Of a DNA stretch of 64,000 bases, positions 33,435 through 46,519 are shown one piece after another. Source of the stretch: the human T2T-CHM13v2.0 reference genome, Homo sapiens. The notes under the pieces were generated by a model, which saw only the letters and a list, made by a program, of their open reading frames with translations, was not told the origin of the DNA and made no database searches. Position 1 is the stretch's first letter. Every line of letters starts with the position of its first letter. The position numbers and the translations under genes were made by a program. The stretch lies in assembly GCF_009914755.1 (NCBI RefSeq), contig NC_060925.1. One strand, given 5' to 3'.

Positions 33435-33529
33435 ACCTTATACAAAAATTAATTCAGGATGGATTAAAGACTTAAATGTCAGACCTAAAACCATAAAAAC
33501 CCTAGCAGAAAACCTAGGCAATACCATTC
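33435..33529 (+). mobile_element. Inverted 5' segment of the same L1 (twin priming)
   Basis: accttatacaaaaattaattc...ggcaataccattc is sense-strand ORF2 lying just upstream of the minus-strand segment, with ~25 bp missing between them. Confidence 0.88.
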
Positions 33530-34636
33530 CTCAACTTATTGATCTTAACTCAAGCCCAAGTCAACTCATGGTGGGTTGTCTACCTTGAGGCAAAGGTCTG
33601 AAGTTTAGCAAGACAATGATTTTAGAGGGATTCTCCCACCAGAAGCAACCCCTGCTGCTGGGATGGTTGGTGGGTAATTCAGCTTTTAGCGCCAAAACAG
33701 GAATGATCATTCAGGCTTTTCTCTAGGGAATGTCACTCACATGAGCGTCTCTGTGAACAGAGATCCCCACCCCCAATCTCTACAGCCCACACAACAGCCC
33801 TCCAGCCAGAAGGATCGTAGATATGTGGATATGTTTTTGGGTATGGATCAGCAGGGTACATCAATTATGTTGACTAAAGGCCACCTTGCACCATGGGCTG
33901 GAAGTTCATTGTCTGTTCTGAATCTCATTTCAAATTATATGGAGGCACATTACCTGATACAGTACACCAGAGGTTATGTAAAGGGCTCAAATGACAACAC
34001 AAAAATATTTAAATTAATGCATTGCCTGGAATACAAAAAGTACTCCAATCTGAATGATATGAATCAGTTATTAAATTCCCAAAGTGAAAGCAAATTTCAA
34101 AAATTAAATTGGTATTTTAATTGAAGTTCCAAAGAATTCAAGTATTTCCAAATTCCAAATATTTCCTCTCTTAAGTTTCTCTGTTCAGTCCCAGTAGAAT
34201 AGAGCTTCATTCACTTGGGTGGAATCACTGTTTTTTAGTAGCTGTTTCTGAAGCTCTGAAGTTGTATCATTATAACTGCAAGTTCTTCATGAGCTTTACC
34301 TTTTGGAATCTAAAGTGTTCATAAGGTATGAAAGATTATATAAGCATCAGAACAACAACTAAGATTTTTTTTAAATCACACGCACAGATCCCCAGTACCA
34401 AAATGGTAATCCAAACAAAATAACGTTGACAGAACCAGATACATAAGTACATTCTAGAGACACATTACTATCAACAGCCAAAGACCATGCAGAGATTTGG
34501 TTTTACTACATGGAGGACAGGAAACTGCATGTAGCTGATGAGGTGGTAGGGATTGAAAGGGAGGACAGAGACAGAGTTAGAGATGGAGACAGAGAGACAG
34601 AAAGATGTATTATCTTTAAAATACTTTAAAAACTAG

Positions 34637-34914
34637 GGTTTTTTGTTATTGTTGTTGTTTTTTTTTTTTTTTGAGACGGAGTCTCGCTCTGTTGCCAGGC
34701 TGGAGTGCAGTGGCGCGATCTTCGCTCACTGTAATGTCAACCTCTGGGTTCAAGCAATTCTCCTGCCTCAGCCTCCCGAGTAGCAGGGACTACAGGCACA
34801 TGCCACCACGCCCAGCTAATTTCTGTATTTTTAGTAGAGACGAGGTTTCACCATGTTGGCCAGAATGGTCTCTATCTCTTGACCTCTTGACCCACCTGCC
34901 TCAGCCTCCCGAAG
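34637..34914 (-). mobile_element. AluSc, slightly 5'-truncated
   Basis: ctgttgccaggc and atctcttgacctc diagnostics; TSD ttaaaaactag at 34626-36 and 34915-25. Confidence 0.9.
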
Positions 34915-37001
34915 TTAAAAACTAGTTTTAAAATGTAGATCTAAACTTTTTGGGAAGTGATGTCTTAGTTGGCATCAAAATGCTTAATATGGTGTAAAAC
35001 TGGAATTTTGAGTAGAATTGAAGTTCAGACAGCTTGAGAGCAGATTCTCTGACTGATTGACTGTCTTGTATTCCATAGTGCCTAGAAAAGTATTACTGCA
35101 CATTAGGTACCTTTTAAATATTCCTTGAAAAAAGCCTTTTAAGAATGTGTCTGTATATTAAAGGTACCTTCTTAATGCCCTTAAGGTTGCATTAATAATT
35201 CTTAATATGTTTATTAACCAAGTTTAAGGATAGTCAGATCCTTAAAGTTGAGAATCCTGAACATGGTCATGAACTTTCCAGGCTCATATGACTCTCACTA
35301 GCCCTACTCTTCAGTGTGCTGTGCCCACCACCCTGGCCTTTTACCCCGTCTCTGAATTATCAATATATGCCAGGCATTTTGATAATTGCCCATATATATC
35401 ATTGCATTTAACCTTGATACTTATCCTCCTTTTACCAAGGAGGAATCAGGCTCAGAGAATGAAGGGACAACCCAAAATCATACAGCTGGTAAGAAAAGGT
35501 GTGAGAATTTGAACTCAAGATTTGAATGACTTGAAAGCCCATTATTTTAACCACTTTGCTATCCTGTAGTGGGCTATAATAGTAAACGTTTGATACCAGA
35601 ATTTGTGCTCCTATTGAAATATAACTATACCTCTCAGTTCATACACTCTACATGGCAAATATATTTAGTTATAGTTATATAGTGTTTCCATGCAAATCAG
35701 AGAGGGAGCACACTGCAATTTCTCATAGTATAGTAGAACAGATAACTGGAAAATACTGACACCACAGAATACTTTGATACTCCCTTGAGTAAGAGAATAG
35801 AGGATACCCTAAGTTGTTTAGTCCAGTGATAATTACAGAAAGAACTGGAATCTTCAAACAAGGATAAATTAGTCCTAATGCAACATACGTTTTGTTCATT
35901 CTCCAATAATATAGATCTAGAAAGCTTTTTAAACTTTCAGGGTAGCCAGACAGTCAGAAAGTGGTACATGTACGTAAAAGTGTAATGTGTGTATGTGTGT
36001 GTGTGTGCACCTGTATCTCATCTTTTGAACAAAGTATCATTTTTTAGTAAGTAGTGAGAAGCCTATTATCTTATTCTCTTCATTTAAAACACGCATCTTG
36101 CCCTCCTTCCCAATTTGTGCACCATTTCCCAGAGCCTCTCCTGCATTTTCAAATTCTAACACAAATGCATTAAACCGCATGCTAGGCAAAAATCAGTAGA
36201 CGTTGTTATGAAAAAATTTTTAAAAGAAAATATACTGCCTTTAACTGCTTATATGCATAATATATAATGTTCCACTTCAGCTCCTTCAGTTGGGGAGCTG
36301 TGTGGGTCAGTCTACACATTGGCTGCAGAGTGTGCTATTCCTGCCAAATCATCCAGTTGAGATGGGAACATTAATTTATTTGAGCAGACGTGTGTCTATG
36401 TGGCTTTAACAAAACAGCCATATGCTGCTCTAGTAAGTAATGTAACAAAGCGGCACAATTGATGCCAGAAACTATCTTAGAACTTTTGACAAGGAGCATG
36501 GAGAAAGTTCCTTCTTCAACCTTCTTTTGCAGTGGCATTTCCTTTATTCTGATGATCCTCTAGACCAATATCGTCCAATACATATGGTTTTAATTTAGTG
36601 TGAATTTTCTGTGAGGCTTTGTGTTAGCCCCGGGTTTTCTTTTTCCATTTAATGGATTTTTATTAGGGGTTTCATGGCATAGCCATAGTTCCTTATACAT
36701 ATATTCCCCTCTCCTCCCCAAGACCTTAAGGGGAGGGGTCTCTTACAATAGGACCAAAGTGGGGAGTGGGAGCCAGGTATTGCTGAAATCCTCTGGCCAA
36801 ATACCATCTTTAATAGATCTTAATGACATCGCTATAGTCCCAAGCCCAACCCTCAGCCTTCTAAGTCTGCTTTTCCCAGAATTGGTGACATTATTTTTGT
36901 AGATAAAATGTATTTTACACTACATGCAATACATACAAAACATTCAGAAATATAAAAATGTAGAAAGCTGGAAAACCCTTAGACTACCCCCAAATGACTA
37001 A

Positions 37002-37312
<311 letters not shown>

Positions 37313-37731
37313 ATGTCATTTTTTTGTGCATTTTTTACTGTAATAATTTTAAGTATACTTTTTCAATATAATATGGTCATGAACATATTGTATATGTTGT
37401 TTTTGTGTTAATATAGTAATACAAGCATTTTCCCCACTGCTATGAATTCTTTTAAGCAAAAAATGTAATGGCCACAATAATTCCATTGTATTATAGACTA
37501 AATACTTTCAGAGTTGAGATATTACCAATATTTTGCTATAACAATAAATGCAAATGTTACCAACATAGTACTTAGAGATACCTGCTGTGACTAGTTGCTT
37601 GTGTATCTTTCCAGAAATATCGATTGCTTCATAAACATATATGTTATGGATGTATTTAATACAAATGGGCTTATGATAATCATATTCTGCGCTGTTATAA
37701 AAAAGTATACATGAGCAATATAATTGTCATA

Positions 37732-37940
37732 GGCAGCATATTCTGTGATTAGGACAGATTCTAGAGATAGGCTGCCAGAATTGGATTCTGAATTCAACAC
37801 ATAATAGCTTTTGCAACCTTGAGCATATTATTTAACCTCAGTTTGCTCATCTTTAAAATGGATATAATAATACTACCTACTTCATAAAATTGTTATGAAG
37901 ATTAAACGTCACATGATAAGCATAAGACAGGCATATGTTA
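37732..37940 (+). mobile_element. MIR
   Basis: atttaacctcagtttgctcatctttaaaatgg...tactacctacttcata. Confidence 0.75.
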
Positions 37941-38171
37941 ATTTTTTTAAAACTTCATTCTTTTTTACAGCAGTATAGTATTACGTATTATGGATGTACC
38001 ACAATTTGTTTTATTCATTGACATTTACATTGTTGTCAGTTATCATCTATTTCATGCAAAACTTCAATAAACATCTTTGTTAATTTATCTTTTACATGTG
38101 TAAACGCATCTGTTACAGCTGCAGTCAAAATTTCTAAAAATGAAATTGCCGAGTCAAAAGACATGTATGCA

Positions 38172-38295
38172 TTTTTTTAAACTTTTATTTTAAGTTCAGG
38201 GGTACATGTGCAGATTTGTTAAATAGGTAAACTTGTGTCATGGGGGTTTGTTATGCAGATTATTTCATCACCAGCTATTAAGCCTAGTACCTATT
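38172..38295 (-). mobile_element. Short older L1PA (PA10-16-like) 3' end
   Basis: aacttttattttaagttcaggggtacatgtgcag...aaacttgtgtcatggggg...taagcctagtacc. Confidence 0.8.
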
Positions 38296-38867
38296 TAAAA
38301 CAAAAAATTAGGAATGGCTCAATTTCCCTTCACTACGATTATACTAATTTTACTTAGACATTGCGGAGTATGTCTCCCTATTCTTTAGCTAAGAATGGTT
38401 TTATCAAGCTTTTTATTCTAGGTAAAAGAAGTGATCCTGCTTTAACTTTCATTCCCCTAATTATGTGTATGATTGAACATCTACTCATAAATCCTAAGGT
38501 CATTTAGAATTCTTCTTAATTTTTTTCTGAGAACCACAGAGTCATGTCCTTTGATCATTTCTCAAAATTGACTTGTTCTATTTCTATCTATAAGAGTATA
38601 TTTTAAGTAGTGTAATCAGTGTTGAATCTAAAGTGGTGAAAAAAATTCTTAATTAGTAATTTCCTTTTAACTTCCTTTATGATACTTATTTCTATGCAAA
38701 ATCTATTTCTCATCTTGCATGTTAATATATTATTAGGTTAAAAAATAAAGAAACGTATTATTGTTCTTTAGCTTTAATCTTTGCCGTTTCTGGTACTTGG
38801 CAGACTAAATAACAACTACACCACTAACTACCCCTCCACATGCACAGATCGCCTCACGAAACTCTTC

Positions 38868-38899
<32 letters not shown>

Positions 38900-38945
38900 G
38901 TATATATATTATATATAAAAGATTATTATATATATCATATATGTA
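38868..38945. repeat. (TA)n microsatellite
   Basis: Long interrupted TA run. Confidence 0.9.
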
Positions 38946-39977
38946 TCAATTTAAAATTCATTTTGGTAAAATAATTTATGTCGAGATTTAAAATATATTT
39001 CCTCCAAAACTTTTATTACTGTCTGTAATTGCCATCCTAATGAAATAAAAATAGGTTGTATTAATTTAAATACCTTTCTGTATTCACTATTTTTTCACTA
39101 CTCTGTTCTTGTTCCTAAGATGCCTTTAAGCTTAGAAAGCCTTCCCCTTCTGATACGATTTTTTTAAACTACCACATTTACTGTTTTATTTTATTTTAAC
39201 ATCTAGCTCTTCAGCTCAGTGGAAATTTATTTTGAAAGACGTGAGATCTCCTAGGCTTTCCTCTTATTACTGTTCTGGCCCCATTGTTATTCCTCTAGAG
39301 ATAAAACATACCAAGTTCATAAAAAAATTTTCATCCTCACACATTTCCTAACAGCATATATTTATCAGGAACTCTTAATAGTTTCTTGTGCATGATCAAT
39401 TCTGAGTCTTTATTCCCAAATTTAACACATTTGTTTCTGCCTATATTAATATATTAACATACTTAATGGTTATCTGATTGAGAAGGGTCTTTGGGTAACC
39501 AGGATGGAGGAGGAGGTGTTGAAGATATCTGTTTATAGGGCTCTTCTGCTTAGAATTCTAATTGAGGCCATTTTAAGAAAGTTGCTCCCTGTTAATTCAC
39601 CAAAAATTTAAACATGAAACAATCTATTAATGTGTAAATATTAATGTTAAACTATAAAACAATATGTTATTTTATATCTACTTTTATATAGATTTATAAA
39701 TATTTGTATTTACTCATATTTTATCTATATGACTTTATTATATTCATACAAATATTATATTACTATATGGATCAAGTCTATAAATGGCACATTTGTTCCT
39801 TAATATATTATTGCTGTGCTCCAGAAATACTGCTAAGGAAATATTGCTCTTTAATCAAAGGTCTCAGATTCTAAGGACACTGTTGCTGCATTCTCCTTTA
39901 TGTTTCTTTGAATAAGAGCTCCCATTCCTGTGAAAGGTGCTGGAGTGATGGAGAATGGAGGAGGCACATTCTTTACT

Positions 39978-40307
39978 CTTTTTGTTGTTGTTGTTGTTCT
40001 TTTTTTTTTTTTTTTTTTGAGGTGGAGTTTCTCTCTTATTGCCCAGGCTGGAGTGCAATGGTGCAATCTCAGCTCACTGCAACCTCCCCCTAACATTCCC
40101 CTACCTCAAGCGATTCTCCTGCCTCAGCCTCCCGAGTAGCTGGGATTACAGGCATGCACCACCACACCCGGCTAATTTTGTACTTTTAGTAGAAACAGGG
40201 TTTCGGCATGTTGGCCAGGCTGGTCTTGAACTCCTGACCTCAAGTGATCCACCTGTGTCAGCCTTTCAAAGTGCTGGGATTACAGGCATGAACCACCACA
40301 CCTGGCC
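39978..40307 (-). mobile_element. AluSq/Sz-like with internal replacement
   Basis: Full-length Alu with (TTG)n/T tail; approximate TSD cacatt(ct/a)ttactcttt. Confidence 0.9.
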
Positions 40308-41562
40308 TCACATTATTACTCTTTGTCTCTGTTTTTTCAAGGCGTCATACAATGCTATTGTCTTCAGTTATATGATTATTCCACAAATGGATTCACAGTG
40401 CACGTGATTGTATTTGAACTCTTTTGGTTGCAATCCAGTTGGATTGACCTTGCATACAAGTGGACCCAACCATACCTGGCATCAAGAAGTCAAACATTCA
40501 CTCACTCATTCAAGAAGTATTTGTTAAACATCTACTGTGTTAGAAACTGTGCTTGGTGTTATGGATAAGATGGTGACTTAAACATGCCCCCTGCCTTCTG
40601 GCAGTTCCCAATCTAGGGAAGAAAACAGCAAGTAAGCAAGAAATTGTAATGCAAGGAATTAGGATACAAATCAGGAATAAACACAGTATGAAAAGGTGGG
40701 GTATTGGAGAGCTTCAGGCCAGGCATCCTGTGAGGAGTGAAATCAGTGCTGAGATTAGAAGAATGAGTGGGGACTAGAAGACGTTAGTAAGGCAACTAAC
40801 TAACTATGTGTATGTGGAGGGGTAGTTGATGGTGTGGTTATTATACTAGTCTGCCAAGTACCGGAAATGGTGAAGATTAAGGCTAAAGAACAATCAGTAT
40901 GTTTCTTTATTTTTTAACCGAGTCATTTAATTATCAAGGATTCTTACAACCATTTGCAATTCATTTCAGGATGTATTGTGTCTAGCATTAATTATTCTTC
41001 ATTCATTATAAGTTTGTTTTACCAAATCACTCTCAGAAGAAGAAAGAGGACCTAAGAGAAGTAATGGATGTTGAAAATGCCTTTAATCTTTATAACAGCT
41101 CGGTCTAAATAAATCTCAGAAAGCCGAAGACCTAACAGCTGCTAAATGACTCAGTTAAGATTTGAATACCGGTCTGTCTGATCAACTTCAAAATCCCATA
41201 CTTTTTCTCCCATACCATGCTTATCTCCTTCTGCGATTTTAGATGGTGACCCAATGCCTCTTCCCAGATTCTACAAATATTCTTCTTTCAGTCTTCTTTA
41301 ATTCATTTCTTGGATAACTGAAGAAAAAAAAAACTAAGTAACAGTGTTCTTTTATATTACAGCCTAGTTTCCTAGTTTTTACAGAGTGAAATGCTGTCAG
41401 GGAAATGGGAAATGTTTTCTGCAAATATATGATAATTCTACAAACATTTTTAAGACTTCATATGATGTATCCTCTCTGGAATTTATTTTTTTCCTGAAAA
41501 AAATAGTCACTAAAAGTGATTCAAACATTAGCTAGACCTTCTGCAAGCCCATGTTTCTGCCT

Positions 41563-42010
41563 TCATCAATTAGAGTGGCTTTAGCTGCTTCGGCAAAAGC
41601 CTGACTACAGTAACTTATTTCAGTAGAAGAGGCTTCATTTTTCTCTGGTAATAAGACATCTGGAGGTAGTCCAAGGCTAGTGCAGGTGCTCAGGAAGCCA
41701 CTGAGAATCCAGGAACTTTCTAGTTTCTGTGATTGAAATTGGCTCCTGCACTGTTGGGCATGAGGCTAAACTCCAGGCAGAAGTAGAGGTGGAATCAAAA
41801 GGCCAGTGCTCCTTGAATGTATTCCCTTGTATCAGGGGAACAAAATCATTTCCAGAAGCACCACTTAATGGACTTCCATGTATGTTAAATAGCTATCACA
41901 AGGTGCAAGACAGCCTCGGAAATCAGGCTTTTCAGCTGGGCAAATACTGTCCATATATAGTTAGGCTTTCTTGATTAGGAAGAAATGGAGACTAGATAAG
42001 ACACAGTGTG
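41563..42010 (-). mobile_element. Old MaLR LTR (MLT1J-like)
   Basis: aagacatctggaggtagtccaaggctagtgc...ttccagaagc...cttttcagctgggca...ggaagaaatggag pattern. Confidence 0.55.
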
Positions 42011-42574
42011 CAAAATCGGCAATGAGAAAATCAGCTACACACTCTAAGCAGTATGATGCTTCTAAAGCTCACCTCAAGTTATACGAATGTTACTACCCTT
42101 ATCCAAACAGGCATTATAAAATCTATTAGAAGCTAAGAAGAAAAGACATTTATCTGTAAAATGAATAGCAGTATCAAATAAGATTGTAAATCACTATAAT
42201 AGTGTTAGAGTTTTTGGCTAATTTGTTTTTAAAGAGAGCATCAAAGAGATTATAATTAGAGGAAAAAGGATAGGTCTACATTTTGTTCCTTCCAGCTATG
42301 GGATCTTAGAACATTCACATAGTCTGTCCTCTCAGGCAAATGTAGTTCCATTGCCTATGAAATGATACCAGATTAATAAAAGGGGCCAGAGATTTAAACC
42401 AACATTTTTTGAAGAAAAAGAAACATCACAAGTCAATAAACCAGTGAAGTGATGGTCATCCTCCTTTGTAATCAGGGTGATAAAAATTAAAAACACAGTG
42501 AAACATCACTTTGCATTCATAAGATGGGCTAAACTTAAAGACTGACAATATCAAGTGGTGAAAAGGAGGTAGAG

Positions 42575-42783
42575 CCAAAGTTGGTGAATTCCACAGGCCA
42601 AATCTAGCCTTCCACCCGCTTTTGTATAGCCCATAAGCCAGGAATGGTTTTACATTTTTAAATGAAGAGTTTAAAAAGACTATTAGCCTTTCAGGGAGAA
42701 TAGTTGTTCAATTTTGCCTCTTGATGCTGAAGCCTAAAATATTTACTATGTGACACTTTACAGAAAATGTTTGCTGACGCTGA
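42575..42783 (+). mobile_element. MER58-family hAT MITE
   Basis: ggccaaatctagcc...gaatggttttacatttttaaatg...aagcctaaaatatttactatgtgacactttacagaaaatgtttgctgac. Confidence 0.75.
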
Positions 42784-43079
42784 TACAAAAAAGCATGGGA
42801 ATTCTACACTGCTGGTAGGAGTGAAAGTGGCATAAACACTTCTGAAAGCAACTTTATGTATCTAGTGATATGAATAGGTGCAAACCCTAGGACCTAGAAT
42901 TACTCTAGAAAACTCTTGCTGATTCTATCAGCAGTATTCATAAATGGAACAAATCCAAACATCTACTAACAATAGAATAGAGGAATAAAGCATATTACAA
43001 CACACAGTGAATACTGCTATAGACAGCAATATAAATGAGACTCATAAAGAAGGCACTAAGAAAAATACAAGTTCCAGAG

Positions 43080-43412
43080 TAGCTCTGTCCAATAGAAATA
43101 TGATGCAAGCTGCAAATGTGAGATGCATATTTAATGTTAAAATTTCTAGCAGCCGTATTAAGAACATAAGAAAAAACAGGTGAGATTAGTTTAACAATAA
43201 ATTTGTATTTTATTTAAGGTAATATGTTCACCATTATCATGTCAACATGTAGTCAATATGAAAATATTAACGATATATATCACATTATTTTTTGTTCTAA
43301 ATCTTGGAAATCTGAAGTGAATTTTATATGTGCAGGACATCTCAACTGGGACTAGCCACGTTTCAAGTGCTCAGTCACATGTGGCTGGTGGCCATCATGT
43401 TAAACAGCACAG
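43080..43412 (+). mobile_element. MER33 hAT MITE
   Basis: ctgtccaatagaaatatgatgcaagc...ctagccacgtttcaagtgctca...cacatgtggctggtggcc...acagcacag. Confidence 0.8.
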
Positions 43413-43691
43413 TTTGAGAAGATGCAAATGGTATAATTTTACTTACATCCCGTCTTTCAAAATAAACAAAACTCTATGTTATTTAGGGACACATGATATG
43501 TGTTAAAACTACAAAGAAAAGTAAGGCATTCATAAACCCAAGATCCAGATGACCATGACTTCTGGGAGAGGAGGGAAGAGGGGCACCAAGATAGAGAACT
43601 GGTTCCTGGGTACTCAGAGGAGCTGATAATATTCTGTTTCATAAGTTTGATGGTAGGAGCATGGATGCTTTTTAAAATTAAATAGACATTA

Positions 43692-43985
43692 TCCCGGGTG
43701 TTATGGCTCATGCCTGTAATCCCAGCACTTTAGGGGGCTAAGGAAGGCGGATCACCTGAGGTCAGGAATTCTAGATCAGCCTGGCCAACATGGTGAAACC
43801 TCATGTCTACTAAAAATACAGGTAGCTGGGGGCGGTGGCGGAAACCTGTAATCTCAGCTACTCGGGAGGCTGAGGCAGCAGAATCGCTTGAACCCGGGAG
43901 ATGGAGTTTGTAGTGAGCAGATATCACGCCACTGCCCTCCAGCCTGAGTGACAGAACAAGGCTCTCTCTCTCAAAAAAAAAAAAA
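43692..43985 (+). mobile_element. AluSx-like
   Basis: TSD aaaattaaa(t/c)agacatta at 43674-91 and 43983-44000. Confidence 0.92.
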
Positions 43986-44399
43986 ATTAAACAGACATTA
44001 TAATTATTATTTTGAAGCTATTTCATCTTTCATAAAAATTTAAAACTAAATCTTTGCACCAGGTGCTTATCTCGGAGAGAAGTTATAATGCAACTGCTTG
44101 TGCAAATACTTTTTGAACAGTAAAACAGAATGTAAGCAGAGACATGTTAGTATCTATTATTGTTCCTTTTAATTTTATAATTGGAAGGTCCATATGTGCA
44201 GGAGTTGCCACAAGGTAGGGACTTTAAATAGACAGAACTGAGCAATACAAGAGACTGTAAACTGTTAGTTGACTACCCACAAAACAGAAGAGGAGAAATG
44301 GAAAAAAAAAAAATCAATAAGGAAGAAAGAAATCTGTGTAAGTGGCAGCAGAGACATGTGGAAGTCTTGAAGGGTGACCAGCTGTTGCATCTCTGAGAT

Positions 44400-45060
44400 T
44401 TGTCAAAAAAGACTTGTGGGGGAGAGTCAACTGACAGGAAGCTGTCGCGGAGGACTGGGAGAGGGATCTGAAAGTGACATCCTCCGGGGTGGGCTGGAGA
44501 GCAGGAAACTATACTGGGAAAGAGCCCCGGGCAGATGCGGTGCTTGAGGCAGGTCCTAGTCGGCTGCACAGACTGTCTGCAGACAAAGAGTTGGAGTTGG
44601 CAGCAGGAGTGAGTGCTTGGCAGAGTCAAGGCGGCTTCTTTTTCTGGCTCTGCCACTCTCCCATCTTACCATCTTCAGTAATTGGCTTGAGGCAGAAGAG
44701 ATGATCTCTCTGCAGTTTTCTTCTTTCTCATCTAAGATGGGGTGAAGAGAAAGCAGACGCGTGCATGGCCCTGTGACAAGAGCATAGAGCTGTGTAGCTA
44801 CCAGGCTGGTCCTTGATGTGACCTATCGCTCTCCATCTGTGTTTGAGAAGGTGGAGAAGCCGCGGTCGGGGCCTTGAACCTGCCAGGTTTTCCAAAAGCC
44901 CCTTCTGGTGAAGCACTATGCAAAAGGGGATAGAAATGGGTGCCCCTTTGGAAGATCGCATGTTCATGCAGCTACTAACCCTGCACATCCAGGGCTAAAT
45001 TTTTTTCAGACTGGGGTTTGAGAGAACTCCGGCGACCAGGATAAAAGAGAAGAGATAAAA
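44400..45060. promoter_or_regulatory. GC- and CpG-elevated, apparently unique segment; candidate enhancer or weak promoter
   Basis: About 16 CpGs in ~600 bp against a CpG-poor background; no repeat recognised; below CpG-island strength. Confidence 0.3.
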
Positions 45061-45781
45061 ATACTTCTTTGTTATTCACTATGAAAGTTGCATGGTGAAG
45101 AGTTTTGAAAATTGTGCCTAGGTGCCTGTGGATGGGGGTTGGGTTTTCTTGGGAACATTCTCTCTGAGAATTTACAAAGTAACTGACTTCCTAATGGATG
45201 ACAGGTCTTCACTCCGCAGTTCAGCACCCAGCCCTCTGCCAGCTCATGCCTGCCACATCTTCCACTTCTTAGTGCCCTTCAGGGAAACTAGGAAAGTGAT
45301 CAGATCAAGGCAGCAAAAGACAGTTGATCAAGTCTCCACATAAGCAGAGCAAGTGTGCACTGTCTCCTGTCATGTTTGATAAGCCCCACTGTGTGCCACC
45401 AGAGGAGGCACTTTAGATACATGATTTCGCCAAAACTCCACAACCTGCATGAGAGAAAGAAATTCTTTTTCCCATTTTATATGTAAGGAGACTGAAATTC
45501 AGAGGAGGAATGCCTCACCTGCAATTAGATGCTGAGCTGGGAGCTGAACTCTTTTTAATCTATTAGATTTCAAAGTTCATATTTGTCCTACTGTGTTGTG
45601 CTATGTACTAAATTTATTGAACATGAATTTAGTGCAGGTGTTTTACATACACCTGATTTGATCCTTACAACTACTCTGAAGGAAATGTGCTTGTAATATT
45701 GTCCTTATTTTATTAGAAAGGCAATGAATGTGAAGGAGAGGTTATTTTACAAAGCCGGTTCCTTATAGAGGCAAAGAATTG

Positions 45782-46219
45782 TTTTTTAATTTTTAATTCA
45801 ACTTTTATTTTGGATAGGGGAGCACATGTGCAGGTTTGTCGCATGGGTAAATTGCACCAAACTAAAGTTTGGTATACAAATGATTCTGCCACCAAGGTAG
45901 TGAGAATAATACCCAATAGGTAGTTTTTCAACTCACACTTTCCTCCCTCCCTCCCCTGTCTAGTAGTCTGCAGTCTGTTGTTCCCATCTTTATGTCCATG
46001 TGCACTCAATGTTCAGCTCCCACTTATGAGTGAGACATACGGTATTAGGTTTTCTGTTCTAGTGTTAATTTGCTAAGGATTATGGCCTCCAGCTGTATTC
46101 ATGTTGCTGTGAAGGACATAATTTCATTCTTTTTTATGACTGCATAGTATTCTGTGATGTATATGTACCATTTTTTTTACCCAATCCACTACTGACAGGC
46201 ACTTAGTTTGAGTCCATAT
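45782..46219 (-). mobile_element. L1PA16-like 3' UTR
   Basis: cacatgtgcaggtttgtcgcatgggtaaattgc...gtagtgagaataatacccaataggtagttttt...gctcccacttatgagtgag. Confidence 0.85.
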
Positions 46220-46505
46220 TGTGATGATTAATACAGAGTGTCAACTTGATTGGATTGAAGGATACAAAGTATTGATCCTGGGTGTGTCTGTGAGGGTGTT
46301 GCCAAAGGAGATTAACATTTGCATCAATGGGCTGGGGAAGGCAGACCCACCCTTAACCTGATGGGCACCATCTAATCAGCTGCCAGTGAATATAAAGCAG
46401 GCAGAAAAACGTGAAAAAGCGAGACCGGCCTAGCCTCCCAGCCTACATCTTTCTCCCGTGCTGGATGCCTGCCCTTCAACATCATACTCCAAGTTCTTCA
46501 GTTTT
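46220..46505 (+). mobile_element. MLT2A2 (HERVL) LTR, 3'-truncated
   Basis: TGTGATGATTAATACAGAGTGTCAACTTGATTGGATTGAAGGATACAAAGTATTGATCCTGGGTGTGTCTGTGAGGG start; homology stops at ~caagttcttcagttttt. Confidence 0.88.
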
Positions 46506-46519
46506 TCAGTTGTAAGTTT

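Larger units (their letters stand above)
42380..43680 (+). mobile_element. L1ME-like 3' fragment hosting MER58 and MER33
   Basis: aaagactgacaatatcaagtgg...cacactgctggtaggagtgaaagtgg...ataatattctgtttcataagtttgatggtagg. Confidence 0.55.

Noticed and set aside
35619-35680. 11-bp inverted repeat atataactata / tatagttatat as a MITE or hairpin RNA
   Set aside because: AT-only arms, unpaired interior, no TSD; plausible by chance.
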